DNA of 57,607 nucleotides, taken from contig JACRGN010000300.1 in assembly GCA_016234205.1 (NCBI GenBank), positions 1-57,607 on the forward strand. The letters run 5' to 3'. Source of the DNA: Nitrospinota bacterium (GTDB lineage Bacteria; Nitrospinota; Nitrospinia; UBA9942). Both the position numbers and the translations under genes were made by a program. Under the pieces are notes generated by a model. It saw only the letters and a list, made by a program, of their open reading frames with translations. It was not told the DNA's origin and ran no database searches. The first letter of the stretch is position 1. Each line of letters begins with the position of its first letter. Below, piece after piece: positions 9,190 through 18,657 of this stretch.

Positions 9190-10578
9190 ATGAGAACTAA
9201 TAGGCTTAAATTTATATTATCTCTTATTACAATTTCACTTTTTCTCCCTTTAATTATATATGCAGAGCCTGTCGGAAAAGTATCACTTTTGGAAGGCTCT
9301 GTGGATATCCTGCGAAAAGGAAAGACCACTGCTGAAACGGCAGAAATAACTATGCCTGTCAATATCGGGGATATTATAAGGACAAAAAGCAATTCAAAGG
9401 CAGAGATTAAATTTATTGACGACAGCATGATTAGAATTGCAGAAAAGAGCAGGATAGAAATAAAGGAATATCTCTTTGAAAAGGATGGTGCAAAAAGGAA
9501 GGGAACAATAGGCCTCTTGAGGGGAAAAATTAGGTCTATTGTAAGTAAGGTTGTTTCCCAGCAACATGATTATAATATCGTTACCAAGACTGCTGTAGCT
9601 GGTGTTAGAGCGACTGACTTTTTTGTAATCTCCCAACCCCTCTCTACTCAGGTTATTGTTAAGGAAGGAATTGTTGCAGTCAAGAATATCTCTCCCAAAA
9701 TAGTGGGAGAGGTTCTGGTCAAGATGAATCAGATGACTAATGTTGTTCAGAATACCCCTCCCCCGCCGCCGGTAAACGTTAAGGCTGAAGATATGAAGGG
9801 TTTAACTGAAGCCACGGAGCCAGCGAAAGTTGAAAAAAAGAAAATGGAAGATAAGGAAAAGGCACCGGAAAAGACTGAACCATCTAAACAACCGGGTAAG
9901 AAAGAACCTGAAGGGAAAAAAGAGCCTGAAGGTAAAAAGGAAGGAATGCCTCCTGCTGGGAAAGAAGGCAAGCAGCCGCCAGGAATGGAAGGTAAGCCTC
10001 CTCCAGGTATGGCAGGAATGCCCCCACCGGGAATGGCTGGTATGCCTCCAGGAATGGAGGGTAAGCCTCCTCCGGGTATGGAAGGAATGCCACCACCGGG
10101 AATGGCTGGTATGCCTCCAGGAATGGAGGGTAAGCCTCCTCCGGGTATGGAAGGAATGCCTCCACCTGCTGGAATGGCTGGTATGCCCCCAGGAATGGAG
10201 GGGAAACCGCCTCCAGGCATGGGAGGAATACCGCCACCGGGTATGACAGGCATGCCGGGTATGCCTATGGGAATGCCAGGTATGCCGGGAATGACAGGTA
10301 TGGCTGGTATGCCTATGGGAATGGTGGGAATGCCGGGAATGATGGGGGCTTATCCTATGCCGGGAATGATGGGGGCTTATCCTATGCCGGGAATGATGGG
10401 GGCTTATCCTATGCCGGGAATGATGGGGGCTTATCCTATGCCGGGAATGATGGGGGCTTATCCTATGCCGGGTATAACTGGTCCATATATTGGAACTGTA
10501 CCACCCCCTAATATTCCAATTACAGATATAAATCCAGCCTTATTAAAACCGAAGGTAAAAATCAGAGTAGAATTCTGA
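9190..10578 (+). CDS. Secreted FecR-domain protein with long Met/Pro/Gly-rich tandem-repeat C-terminal half
   Basis: Signal peptide (MRTNRLKFILSLITISLFLPLIIYAEP), FecR-like VGKVSLLEGSVDILRKG...GDIIRT...IKF, then K/E/P-rich and PPGMxG / MMGAYPMPG repeats. Confidence 0.7.
   Translation: MRTNRLKFILSLITISLFLPLIIYAEPVGKVSLLEGSVDILRKGKTTAETAEITMPVNIGDIIRTKSNSKAEIKFIDDSMIRIAEKSRIEIKEYLFEKDGAKRKGTIGLLRGKIRSIVSKVVSQQHDYNIVTKTAVAGVRATDFFVISQPLSTQVIVKEGIVAVKNISPKIVGEVLVKMNQMTNVVQNTPPPPPVNVKAEDMKGLTEATEPAKVEKKKMEDKEKAPEKTEPSKQPGKKEPEGKKEPEGKKEGMPPAGKEGKQPPGMEGKPPPGMAGMPPPGMAGMPPGMEGKPPPGMEGMPPPGMAGMPPGMEGKPPPGMEGMPPPAGMAGMPPGMEGKPPPGMGGIPPPGMTGMPGMPMGMPGMPGMTGMAGMPMGMVGMPGMMGAYPMPGMMGAYPMPGMMGAYPMPGMMGAYPMPGMMGAYPMPGITGPYIGTVPPPNIPITDINPALLKPKVKIRVEF
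9960..10329 (+). repeat. Coding tandem repeats, ~69-72-bp units (GMEGKPPPGMEGMPPPGMAGMPP)
   Basis: Units start at 10051, 10120 and 10192, with degenerate copies on both sides. Confidence 0.8.
10330..10464 (+). repeat. Perfect 27-bp x5 coding tandem repeat (MPGMMGAYP)
   Basis: atgccgggaatgatgggggcttatcct repeated five times without mismatch. Confidence 0.95.
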
Positions 10579-10580
10579 CC

Positions 10581-10700
10581 CAAGGAGAACAAAACAAAAA
10601 AATTAAGGAGAAATGGGGAAATTAGGGAAAGGGGGGAAATATTTTAAAATAATTTTTTCTTTCTCCTTTTCTCCCTGTTCTCCCTTTCTCCTTATTGTTT
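10581..10700. repeat. 'ggagaa/ttctcc' inverted word-repeat element
   Basis: ...aattaaggagaaatggggaaattagggaaagggggg...tttctccttttctccctgttctccctttctccttat. Confidence 0.8.
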
Positions 10701-10748
10701 TATTATGATTTTTGGTCTGTGAAAATCTGTGGCAAAAAGGTATTTCCT

Positions 10749-11222
10749 ATGAAAATAGAAGAAGAAATTGGCAGGTTGTTGAGAAACAAGAAACTAACCT
10801 TATCAGTGGCTGAATCCTGCACCGGGGGGTTAATATCCAATCTGATTACAAATGTTGACGGGAGTTCTGATTATTTTGAGAGAGGATATGTGGTATATAG
10901 TAATAGATCAAAAATTGAGTTATTAGATGTTCCCGAAGAAATAATCAAGGGCTATGGTGCGGTCAGCTTTCATTCCGCTATTGCTATGGTTGAGGGGGTA
11001 AAGATAAAAAGCTGTACAGATATAGGACTCTCTATAACAGGAATTGCCGGTCCAGGGGGAGGGACAATTGAAAAACCTGTAGGACTGGTGTATATTGCTG
11101 TGGCAGGTGATAAGAAAACCGATTGGAAGGAATTTAGATTCAAAGGCAGGAGGGAGGAGATTAAACTAAAGTCTGCCAAAGAAGCCCTTAAGTATTTAAG
11201 GGACTATCTATGCAAACTATAA
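10749..11222 (+). CDS. pncC: CinA C-terminal domain protein (nicotinamide-nucleotide amidohydrolase PncC-like)
   Basis: LSVAESCTGGLI, ERGYVVYSN, GLSITGIAGPGGG, KPVGLVYIAV motifs; the upstream part of the ORF runs through a repeat. Confidence 0.85.
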   Translation: MKIEEEIGRLLRNKKLTLSVAESCTGGLISNLITNVDGSSDYFERGYVVYSNRSKIELLDVPEEIIKGYGAVSFHSAIAMVEGVKIKSCTDIGLSITGIAGPGGGTIEKPVGLVYIAVAGDKKTDWKEFRFKGRREEIKLKSAKEALKYLRDYLCKL

Positions 11223-11776
11223 GGGCATTTATTTCCATAGAACTCCCACAAGAAATAAAAGAAAAAATATCCCTTATACAGGAACAGTTAAGAGTTATTG
11301 AAACTCCAATTAGCTGGGTGCGTCTTGATAGTATTCATCTTACACTAAAATTTCTCGGCAATATCTTGGAGGAACAGATACCAGATATAAAAAAATGTAT
11401 AGATATATCGGTGAACGGAATTTCCCCTTTTAAAGTAAATGTAAAGGGTAGTGGGGTTTTCCCCAATCTGAATTACCCAAGGGTTATATGGCTTGGACTT
11501 GAGGATAGGACAGACAGCCTGTTTAAGCTCCAAAAAGGAATTGACGGATGCCTTGAGAAAATCGGTTTTGAGCCTGAAGAGAGGGGATTTACACCGCACC
11601 TGACACTTGGAAGGGTGAAATCATTAAAAGGGAAAACTCATTTAATCCGAACAATCCATATCTATAAAGATATTGAGGTCGGTGAGATTTATGTGGATAA
11701 GATAAAGCTGATGAGAAGCCAGCTTAATCCCGCAGGTGCAATATATACAGTATTGGAAGAGGTTAAACTTTTTTGA
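11210..11776 (+). CDS. thpR: RNA 2',3'-cyclic phosphodiesterase (2'-5' RNA ligase family)
   Basis: Two HxTx motifs (HLTLKF and HLTLGR); about 188 aa. Confidence 0.85.
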   Translation: MQTIRAFISIELPQEIKEKISLIQEQLRVIETPISWVRLDSIHLTLKFLGNILEEQIPDIKKCIDISVNGISPFKVNVKGSGVFPNLNYPRVIWLGLEDRTDSLFKLQKGIDGCLEKIGFEPEERGFTPHLTLGRVKSLKGKTHLIRTIHIYKDIEVGEIYVDKIKLMRSQLNPAGAIYTVLEEVKLF

Positions 11777-11823
11777 ATCAATTTCAAATTTCAAATTTCA
11801 AATTTTTTATGGGAGGATATTAA

Positions 11824-12879
11824 ATGGCAACTGTAAAAGAAGCGAAGGAGAAGGATGTAAAGGATGAAAAGAGAAAGGCACTTGAATTGGCACTATCTCA
11901 GATTGAGAAGCAGTATGGAAGAGGGTCTATAATGCGGATGGGTGATAGGGAGGTATCCGCCGATATACCTGTTATACCTACAGGCGCTGTATCCCTTGAT
12001 GCTGCACTCGGTGTAGGTGGAATTCCGAGGGGGAGGGTTATAGAAATATTTGGACCGGAATCATCAGGCAAGACTACACTTGCCCTCCATGTTATCTCAG
12101 AATCTCAGAGGCAAAAAGGAGTTGCCGCATTCGTAGATGCAGAACATGCCTTAGACCCCCTTTATGCCGGAAAATTAGGTGTAAATGTTGAAGAATTATT
12201 AATCTCCCAGCCAGATACAGGGGAGCAGGCACTTGAAATCGTAGAGCATCTGGTCAGGAGTAATGCAGTTGATGTGATTGTAATTGACTCAGTAGCAGCC
12301 CTCACCCCAAAAGCGGAGATAGACGGCGAGATGGGGGATGCACAGATGGGGCTTCAGGCAAGGCTTATGTCCCAAGCACTCCGCAAACTGACTGCCGCAA
12401 TAAGCAAGTCAAAGACAAGTGTCATATTCATAAATCAGATAAGACAAAAGATTGGTATTATGTTTGGAAACCCTGAGACTACAACCGGCGGCAATGCCCT
12501 TAAATTCTACGCCTCTCTCAGGCTTGATATAAGAAAGAAGGATTCCATAAAAGAAGGGGCAGATGTCATTGGAACCAGAACAAAGGTCAGGGTTGTGAAA
12601 AATAAAGTCGCACCCCCATTTAAAGAGACTGAGTTTGATATCATCTACGGTGAGGGGATATCAAAGGAGGGGGATTTGCTGGATGTCGGCGAGAAACACA
12701 AACTGATAGAAAAGAGCGGTGCATGGTATTCATACAAAGGAGAAAGGATAGGACAGGGAAGAGAGAATGCAAGAAAGTATTTGAAGGAGAATCATGGTGC
12801 AGCAAAGGAGCTTGAAGGAAAATTAAGAGAGATGCTGGGGATTGGTGAAAAGAAACCTGATTCACCTGCAAAGCAATAA
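11824..12879 (+). CDS. recA: Recombinase A
   Basis: [12 protein letters not shown] Walker [29 protein letters not shown]; GGGAGG RBS. Confidence 0.99.
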   Translation: MATVKEAKEKDVKDEKRKALELALSQIEKQYGRGSIMRMGDREVSADIPVIPTGAVSLDAALGVGGIPRGRVIEIFGPESSGKTTLALHVISESQRQKGVAAFVDAEHALDPLYAGKLGVNVEELLISQPDTGEQALEIVEHLVRSNAVDVIVIDSVAALTPKAEIDGEMGDAQMGLQARLMSQALRKLTAAISKSKTSVIFINQIRQKIGIMFGNPETTTGGNALKFYASLRLDIRKKDSIKEGADVIGTRTKVRVVKNKVAPPFKETEFDIIYGEGISKEGDLLDVGEKHKLIEKSGAWYSYKGERIGQGRENARKYLKENHGAAKELEGKLREMLGIGEKKPDSPAKQ

Positions 12880-12888
12880 ATTAATACT

Positions 12889-12985
12889 TAGCCACGAATG
12901 ATCACGAATTAACACTAAAAAAAATTTTCCCTTAATAAAGGGGGTTGTTTATTAATTCATAAATATTCGTGTAAATTCGTGGCTA
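12889..12985. repeat. Nested palindrome: 'cacgaat' word arms around a cccttaataaaggggg core
   Basis: tagccacgaatgatcacgaatt ... ttcccttaataaaggggg ... aatattcgtgtaaattcgtggcta. Confidence 0.85.
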
Positions 12986-13001
12986 AATTCAGTCTTTGTG
13001 C

Positions 13002-13526
13002 ATGGATAAAAGTGAGTTTGAAAAAGGGAAACAAATTGCCTATCGCTTTCTTTCTTACAGACCTCGTAGTAAAAAGGAGGTTGAAAAAAAATTAAAAGAG
13101 AAAAAAATCTCTGGAGAAAATATCTCAAATATCATCAGCCTTTTAGAAAAAAATAATTATTTAAACGATAGAGAGTTTACACTCAACTGGATCAAATACA
13201 GGATGGAGAATAAACCCGGTGGTAGAAGGTCTCTGGAATATGAATTAAGGGAAAAGGGGATAGATTCAGAAATAATAAAAGAGTCTCTTGATGAAGTTTA
13301 TACAGGTGAATTTGATGAGTATGATGTGGCAGTCAGATTGGCAGAGAAAAAAATATCTTCTTTGAAAAAGAAACAACCCCCTCAATCCCCCTTAACAAAG
13401 GGGGAATTAGGGGGTTATCTCAAAAGGAGACTCTTCAGTTATCTGCATAGAAAGGGATTTTCATTCAGTCTAATTGAAAAAGTAATGTCTGACTTATTCA
13501 ACGCAGAATCAATCGAATCTATATAA
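13002..13526 (+). CDS. recX: RecA regulator RecX
   Basis: Position after recA; three-helix-repeat pattern (ALRFLSYRPRS-like AYRFLSYRPRSKKEV, YLNDREF); ATG at 13002. Confidence 0.8.
   Translation: MDKSEFEKGKQIAYRFLSYRPRSKKEVEKKLKEKKISGENISNIISLLEKNNYLNDREFTLNWIKYRMENKPGGRRSLEYELREKGIDSEIIKESLDEVYTGEFDEYDVAVRLAEKKISSLKKKQPPQSPLTKGELGGYLKRRLFSYLHRKGFSFSLIEKVMSDLFNAESIESI
13373..13416. repeat. Palindromic 'PLxKGG' repeat unit in-frame inside recX
   Basis: aacaaccccctcaatcccccttaacaaagggggaattagggggtt, translated KQPPQSPLTKGELGGY. Confidence 0.75.
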
Positions 13527-13534
13527 CCAATAGC

Positions 13535-14293
13535 ATGGATACCATTCTCCCAATATTTATATGGACAGTCGGAGCAGCAATAGGTAGTTTCTCCAATGTA
13601 TGTGTATATCGTCTCCCAAAAAAATTATCTATCATATCTCCGTCTTCCCAATGTCCCAACTGCGGCAAGGGTATAAGTCCCTTTGACAATATCCCCATAA
13701 TAAGTTTTATTTTACTCCGGGGCAGATGCCGTTACTGCCAGTCTCCTATCTCATGGAGGTATCCGATTGTAGAATTAATCACAGGACTTGTTTTTCTATC
13801 CCTGTATCTTAATTTCCGCATCTCTCCACAGTTCTTTATTTATGCCATGCTATGCACTTCATTAATAATAATTGCCTTTATTGACCTTGAATATAAGATA
13901 ATCCCTGATGTCATAACACTTCCTGGGATAATTATTGGCTTAACAATAAGCCTTACAATGCCAAATATAACATTATTAAATTCTATAAAAGGTCTCCTCC
14001 TTGGCGGAGGGCTTTTTTATGCAATTGCAATATTAAGCCGCGGAGGCATGGGAGGCGGTGACATAAAACTCATCGCTATGGTGGGCTCTTTCCTTGGATG
14101 GAAAAATGTTTTGCTAACAATATTTTTAGGCTCACTCTTCGGTTCAATTGTCGGTATTGTATTAATAATTCTCAAAAAGAAAAACAGGAAGGATATGGTC
14201 CCCTTTGGACCATTTCTGTCTCTCGGTGCCATTGTATCTATATTCTATGGAAGAGAGATAATCTACCTATGGCTCACGATAACATTTGGCTAA
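13535..14293 (+). CDS. pilD: Type IV prepilin peptidase (A24 family)
   Basis: CPNCG...CRYC zinc motif, multi-TM, GGGDIKL active-site region. Confidence 0.87.
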   Translation: MDTILPIFIWTVGAAIGSFSNVCVYRLPKKLSIISPSSQCPNCGKGISPFDNIPIISFILLRGRCRYCQSPISWRYPIVELITGLVFLSLYLNFRISPQFFIYAMLCTSLIIIAFIDLEYKIIPDVITLPGIIIGLTISLTMPNITLLNSIKGLLLGGGLFYAIAILSRGGMGGGDIKLIAMVGSFLGWKNVLLTIFLGSLFGSIVGIVLIILKKKNRKDMVPFGPFLSLGAIVSIFYGREIIYLWLTITFG

Positions 14294-14320
14294 TGGCTCA
14301 CAAAGGAGAATTATAATTTT

Positions 14321-14608
14321 AGCCACAGAGGACACAGAGGGAAAAACTAAATTTTTTTGACACAGATTTACACTGATTATTGATACCTGTAATATTAATC
14401 TCCTATATCTGTGTATTTTTGTCATTCCGCACTTGATGCGGAATCCAGTATTTTGTATAAGTATCTGGATTCCCATTTTCACGGGAATGACGGACATGGG
14501 ACATTTGTTATACAGGAGTCAATAGTTATGATTTTTTCTGTGCCAATCATAATTTATCTGTGTCTTTCAGTGTCTTTGTTTTTTGTCTTTCTCTGTGTTC
14601 TCTGTGGC
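14321..14608. repeat. Composite nested repeat: ctgtg-word arms around a gtcattcc...gggaatgac cruciform core (14421-14491)
   Basis: Outer ccacagaggacacagagg / ctctgtgttctctgtgg; core gtcattccgcacttgatgcggaatccag...ctggattcccattttcacgggaatgac. Confidence 0.85.
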
Positions 14609-14624
14609 AAGAAGGTATTTTTCG

Positions 14625-15041
14625 ATGAAAAGCTATCGTAAAGAACTATGGTTTAATATCCCTACAAGAAGGGGATTTATAAATATTACTCATCAGGTTG
14701 AGGAGGCTTTGAGGGAGAGTGGAATCAAAGAAGGGCTTGTGCTTGTAAACGCCATGCATATAACTGCATCTGTTTTTATAAATGATAACGAGTCAGGTCT
14801 TCATCATGATTTTGATGTCTGGCTTGAGAAACTTGCACCACACGAGCCTGTATCACAGTATCGTCACAATAATGGTGAGGATAATGCAGATGCCCATCTT
14901 AAGCGTCAGGTAATGGGGAGAGAGGTCATTGTAGCCATTACAAATGGAAGGCTTGATTTTGGCCCGTGGGAGCAGATTTTCTATGGTGAGTTTGACGGGA
15001 GGAGGAAGAAAAGGGCTCTGATAAAAATCATCGGAGAATGA
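14625..15041 (+). CDS. YjbQ/UPF0047 family protein (secondary thiamine-phosphate synthase-like)
   Basis: [26 protein letters not shown] and [13 protein letters not shown] motifs. Confidence 0.85.
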   Translation: MKSYRKELWFNIPTRRGFINITHQVEEALRESGIKEGLVLVNAMHITASVFINDNESGLHHDFDVWLEKLAPHEPVSQYRHNNGEDNADAHLKRQVMGREVIVAITNGRLDFGPWEQIFYGEFDGRRKKRALIKIIGE

Positions 15042-15044
15042 ATA

Positions 15045-15144
15045 AAAGAAAAAGATTAAGGAGAATGGAGAAAAAGGAGAAAAGGAGAAAAAATCTGACT
15101 TATTATCTCTCCATTTCTCCATCTTCTTCCCCCTTTCTCCTTAT
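15045..15144. repeat. 'ggagaa/ttctcc' inverted word-repeat element
   Basis: aaagattaaggagaatggagaaaaaggagaaaaggagaaaa...tctctccatttctccatcttcttccccctttctcctta. Confidence 0.85.
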
Positions 15145-15152
15145 ATGTTTTT

Positions 15153-15167
15153 TATAATTTCCTTTAT
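15153..15167 (+). promoter_or_regulatory. TATAAT box 9 nt before arginase ATG, no SD (candidate near-leaderless promoter)
   Basis: ttTATAATttcctttatATG directly after the hairpin element. Confidence 0.4.
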
Positions 15168-16082
15168 ATGAACAAAAAAATAAAAATCATCGGTGTTCCT
15201 ATTGACCTTGGCTTTGGGAGGAGAGGGGTTGATATGGGACCAAGTGCCTTAAGGATCACAGGTGTTGCTGACGGCTTAATGGGGTTAGATTATTCTGTAG
15301 AAGACCTTGGTGATATAAAATCTCCAATCCCCGAGCTTTGTAATTTAGAAGATAAAAATGCCCGATACTTGCCTGAGATAAAGGATGTATGTATAAAATT
15401 AAGTGATACCGTGTATAAGGTATTACAGGAAGGTGCTATCCCCTTATCGATTGGAGGAGACCACAGTTTGGCAATTGGCAGTATTGCAGGTGTAAGCAGA
15501 TTTATAAAAGAAAAAAACAAAAGGATTGGACTTATATGGTTTGATGCACATGGTGATATGAACACGCCTGAATCTACAACCAGCGGGAATATCCACGGTA
15601 TGCCGTTGGCTGTATCCCTCGGATTGGGTGCAAAGGCACTGACCGAAATCGGAGGATTCTCTCCAAAGGTTGATAGTAAGAATGCGGTACTCATAGGTGT
15701 AAGAAACCTTGATGAGAGGGAAAAGAGGCTTATTGCTGATTCAGGAATTAAGGTTTATACGATGAAGGAAATTGATGAAAAGGGAATGTCAAATATAGTT
15801 AAGGAGGCAATAGATTTGGTTACGAGGGATACTGATTACATACACCTCTCATTTGACATGGATGTATGTGACCCATCAATTGCCCAGGGTGTTGGAACAC
15901 CTGTTAAGGGCGGACTGAATTACAGGGAGGCACATCTCGCTATGGAAAAAATCGCAGAATCAGGTATGCTTTTCTCAATGGATATGGTTGAGATAAATCC
16001 TATACTTGACTATAAAAATTCCACCGCAGAGCTTGGTGCAGAGCTTATTCTGTCGGCTTTCGGAAAGAGAATCTTTTACTGA
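15168..16082 (+). CDS. rocF: Arginase (ureohydrolase family)
   Basis: GGDHSLAIGS, WFDAHGDMNTPESTTSGNIHGMPLA, SFDMDVCDP Mn-ligand motifs. Confidence 0.87.
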   Translation: MNKKIKIIGVPIDLGFGRRGVDMGPSALRITGVADGLMGLDYSVEDLGDIKSPIPELCNLEDKNARYLPEIKDVCIKLSDTVYKVLQEGAIPLSIGGDHSLAIGSIAGVSRFIKEKNKRIGLIWFDAHGDMNTPESTTSGNIHGMPLAVSLGLGAKALTEIGGFSPKVDSKNAVLIGVRNLDEREKRLIADSGIKVYTMKEIDEKGMSNIVKEAIDLVTRDTDYIHLSFDMDVCDPSIAQGVGTPVKGGLNYREAHLAMEKIAESGMLFSMDMVEINPILDYKNSTAELGAELILSAFGKRIFY

Positions 16083-17203
16083 TTTGATGCAAGACTCCTC
16101 ATTTCATCTTTTTCAAATATAATCTCTATCCTCCTGTTTTTCTCCTTATTTTTAACTTCTGCATATAGAGGCCTTGATTCTCCATAACCGGCTGCAGTGC
16201 ATCTTTCCGGGTCGATCCCCCTGCTTATAAGATAGTTGACAAAATTATTTGCCCTTGCAAATGAGAGCTCATAATTAGATGAAAATCTTGAATTCTTTAT
16301 CGGCACATCGTCCGTATGCCCTTCTACCCTTATATTATATGGAAACCTGTTTAATAGAACCACAATCTTATCCATAAAGGGATAAGATTCAAGACTTATA
16401 TCCGCCTCACCTGATTTAAAGGTCAAAGGGTCTAAATTGATAATTGTCAGGTCACCACCTTCTAACTTTGTATATATCCTATCCTGTATCCCAAGTTGCG
16501 ATACAAATCCATCTACCTCCATCTTTATCCGATACAGGTCATTATTATTCTTATTAGCCAAAAGCTTTTTTCCCCTCTCGTTTTTCCTGTCAATATTCAT
16601 CTTTTCTACATAATCAGTAGCAGTCTTATTCTGGGGGTCATACCTCATTGCCAGCATGAAATATTTTCTGCTTGCTGCTGTATCACCCAGCTTAAGGCTT
16701 ATCTGCCCCGATGTAATAAACTGATTGGCAAGAAATCCCTTATTTTCTGGAAACCTGTTCAATAGCGGAGTGCTTATATCCATCGCCTTATCTTCCAGCT
16801 CTACTAATTTTTTTAGCAAGGCTTTATCCTCTTTTACCTCATCATAATTTACAGCCCACAGATAAGATGTTGCAAATGAATGGATTACAGCAGCATAATA
16901 GATGTCACCCATAGTACCACGGGCTTCAAGAAAATCCTTAGCCTCCATAAATTTTATATGGGCGTCATAAAATCTCCCCTGCCTGAAAAGTTCAAAACCA
17001 TCATTGTAATATTTTTTATATTGTCCATCCTGTTCAGGATAGTTATTTTTGAGTTTATCTAAATCAGCATTGTCAAATATAACATTCTGTTCATCCCTGT
17101 TAGTGTGAAAATTGCCAAATTTCACATCCTGTGCAAAAAGATACCCTTTATTTAAAAACATACTTGCCAAAAGACACAGCAGAATAAATATTCTTTTTTT
17201 CAT
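16076..17203 (-). CDS. OmpA/MotB-domain protein with TPR-like N-terminal region
   Basis: C-terminal VEGHTDDVP...NYELSFARA...GYGESRP...NRRIEI; ATG 17203 preceded by GGAGG; signal peptide MKKRIFILLCLLASMF. Confidence 0.82.
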   Translation of the reverse strand: MKKRIFILLCLLASMFLNKGYLFAQDVKFGNFHTNRDEQNVIFDNADLDKLKNNYPEQDGQYKKYYNDGFELFRQGRFYDAHIKFMEAKDFLEARGTMGDIYYAAVIHSFATSYLWAVNYDEVKEDKALLKKLVELEDKAMDISTPLLNRFPENKGFLANQFITSGQISLKLGDTAASRKYFMLAMRYDPQNKTATDYVEKMNIDRKNERGKKLLANKNNNDLYRIKMEVDGFVSQLGIQDRIYTKLEGGDLTIINLDPLTFKSGEADISLESYPFMDKIVVLLNRFPYNIRVEGHTDDVPIKNSRFSSNYELSFARANNFVNYLISRGIDPERCTAAGYGESRPLYAEVKNKEKNRRIEIIFEKDEMRSLASNQ

Positions 17204-17388
17204 ATAAAAACCTCCTTTCTTTTTTATCGGATTAAAAAGAATTTTTATTAACAAATTTTGTTAATAACTTGTGGAAAACCTGATGAAGGATGCTATTCTT
17301 GCTGGATTTCTTTAAAGATGCATAATTTTTAACCAGAATTTAATGCCTTATAAATCAACATGATACCATAACTGCTTGATACTGAAAG

Positions 17389-17602
17389 AACAAAACAAAA
17401 AGATTAAGGAGAAATGGGGAAATTAGGGAAAGGGAGAATATTTTAACCACAAAGACACAAAGGTCACAAAGGAAATAAAAAAAGATTAAAAGATTAGAAG
17501 ATTAAATTTTCTAATCTGTAATTCTTTTCTTTGTGTTCTTCGTGTCTGGTGGTGAATTCTTATTCTTTTCTCCATTTCTCTCATTTCTCCCTTTCTCCTT
17601 AT
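17389..17602. repeat. Triple-nested palindromic element (ggagaa arms > cacaaag arms > agatta core)
   Basis: aaagattaaggagaaatgggg...ccacaaagacacaaaggtcacaaagg...aagattaaaagattagaagattaaattttctaatctgtaattctttt...ctttgtgttcttcgtgtctggtgg...ttctccatttctctcatttctccctttctcctta. Confidence 0.85.
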
Positions 17603-17603
17603 G

Positions 17604-17626
17604 GCTTTTATAATTTCCTATACATC
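17604..17626 (+). promoter_or_regulatory. Orphan copy of the ftsB upstream cassette, with ATC in place of ATG
   Basis: gcttttataatttcctatacatC vs 1353-1375 gcttttatattttcctatacatG. Confidence 0.4.
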
Positions 17627-17628
17627 GA

Positions 17629-17655
17629 CCCCTCACATAAAACTTATGTGCGGGG
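17629..17655. terminator. Second copy of the CCCC(G/T)CACATAA hairpin
   Basis: cccctcacataa-aac-ttatgtgcgggg then tttatcttttt; abuts the stop of the ATP-grasp gene. Confidence 0.55.
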
Positions 17656-17656
17656 T

Positions 17657-18565
17657 TTATCTTTTTCCCTTTACAATCTTCTTCACGCCGTCAACAAGCT
17701 CCCTCACAATATCCCTTACAACATCATCAGGCACACCGTCTATCGCCGTTGATTTTAACCTCATATCGCATGTATCATTTACATAATCCACTACAACAAA
17801 TCTGCCTGCCTTTGTAAGGGCAATCTCTGTAGAAAAAAAATTGATCTTGGCAACCTCAACAATCTTTTTTGTAACCCTCTTAAGCTCTTTCAGTTTATAT
17901 CTCCTTTCAGCCCTTGATGTAAGTCTCTGATATACACCTGTATGATTATCCCACCAGCACATAATCATCTTCCCATATATATAAAAAGACCTAAACCATG
18001 CCCTCCTTCCTTTTAAAGGGACAGGGACAATCTCTTCCTGCAAAAGGTATCTATCTTTACTGTGTTTTTCCCTCGCCTTTACTATCTCATAAGGGGTCTT
18101 AACCCCAAGAACCACCCCCCTCCCACCGCCGCCGTCTGCAGGTTTTACAATAAAAGGCGTTCCTATTGAATGGATATTGGACTCATCAAATTGAGGGTCT
18201 TCTTCATAGGATGAGAGGATAATCGTATATGGAACATAAAGCCCGTTTGTCAGGAATTCAAGATGCATTATAGACTTATCATTTGCCCTGACTGAAAGTG
18301 CAGGGTCATTTACAAATGTCACCCCCTTTTTCTTTAACAGCTTTATTAGGGGGATAAATCTGCTGTCAGACTCGGATGCCCTGTCAATAAACACCTTGAA
18401 TATCATCTCACCTCTTGACAATTTGCCGATTGTCTCATCCAAATTATAGGGATATACGAGATAGCTTTGTAATCCCCTTTTATTACACTCGGAATCAAGG
18501 ATGCTTACAAAATCCCTGTCATATTCCCAATCCCATCCAATAGCTAAATCTACCTCTAATGGCAT
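17657..18565 (-). CDS. ATP-grasp domain protein (RimK/GshB-like fold), substrate unknown
   Basis: IVKPADGGGGRGVVLG glycine-rich loop, YLLQEEI, FFSTEIAL...VVVDYVNDTCD. Confidence 0.7.
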   Translation of the reverse strand: MPLEVDLAIGWDWEYDRDFVSILDSECNKRGLQSYLVYPYNLDETIGKLSRGEMIFKVFIDRASESDSRFIPLIKLLKKKGVTFVNDPALSVRANDKSIMHLEFLTNGLYVPYTIILSSYEEDPQFDESNIHSIGTPFIVKPADGGGGRGVVLGVKTPYEIVKAREKHSKDRYLLQEEIVPVPLKGRRAWFRSFYIYGKMIMCWWDNHTGVYQRLTSRAERRYKLKELKRVTKKIVEVAKINFFSTEIALTKAGRFVVVDYVNDTCDMRLKSTAIDGVPDDVVRDIVRELVDGVKKIVKGKR

Positions 18566-18576
18566 AGATGTATTCT

Positions 18577-18657
18577 ACAACAAGCAACTGACAACTTACA
18601 ACCTACAACTTATAACCGTAGTTGTTTAGTCATCAGTTACAAGTTGTCAGTTGTAAG
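18577..18657. repeat. 'caact/acaac' inverted word repeat
   Basis: acaacaagcaactgacaacttacaacctacaactt...agttgtttagtcatcagttacaagttgtcagttgtaagg. Confidence 0.75.

Noticed and set aside
9747-10253. Three overlapping ORFs (9747-10253 minus, 9830-10246 plus, 9884-10237 minus) in the Met/Pro/Gly repeat region
   Set aside because: The repetitive, stop-poor sequence stays open in several frames. Only the FecR frame has a signal peptide and a domain upstream.
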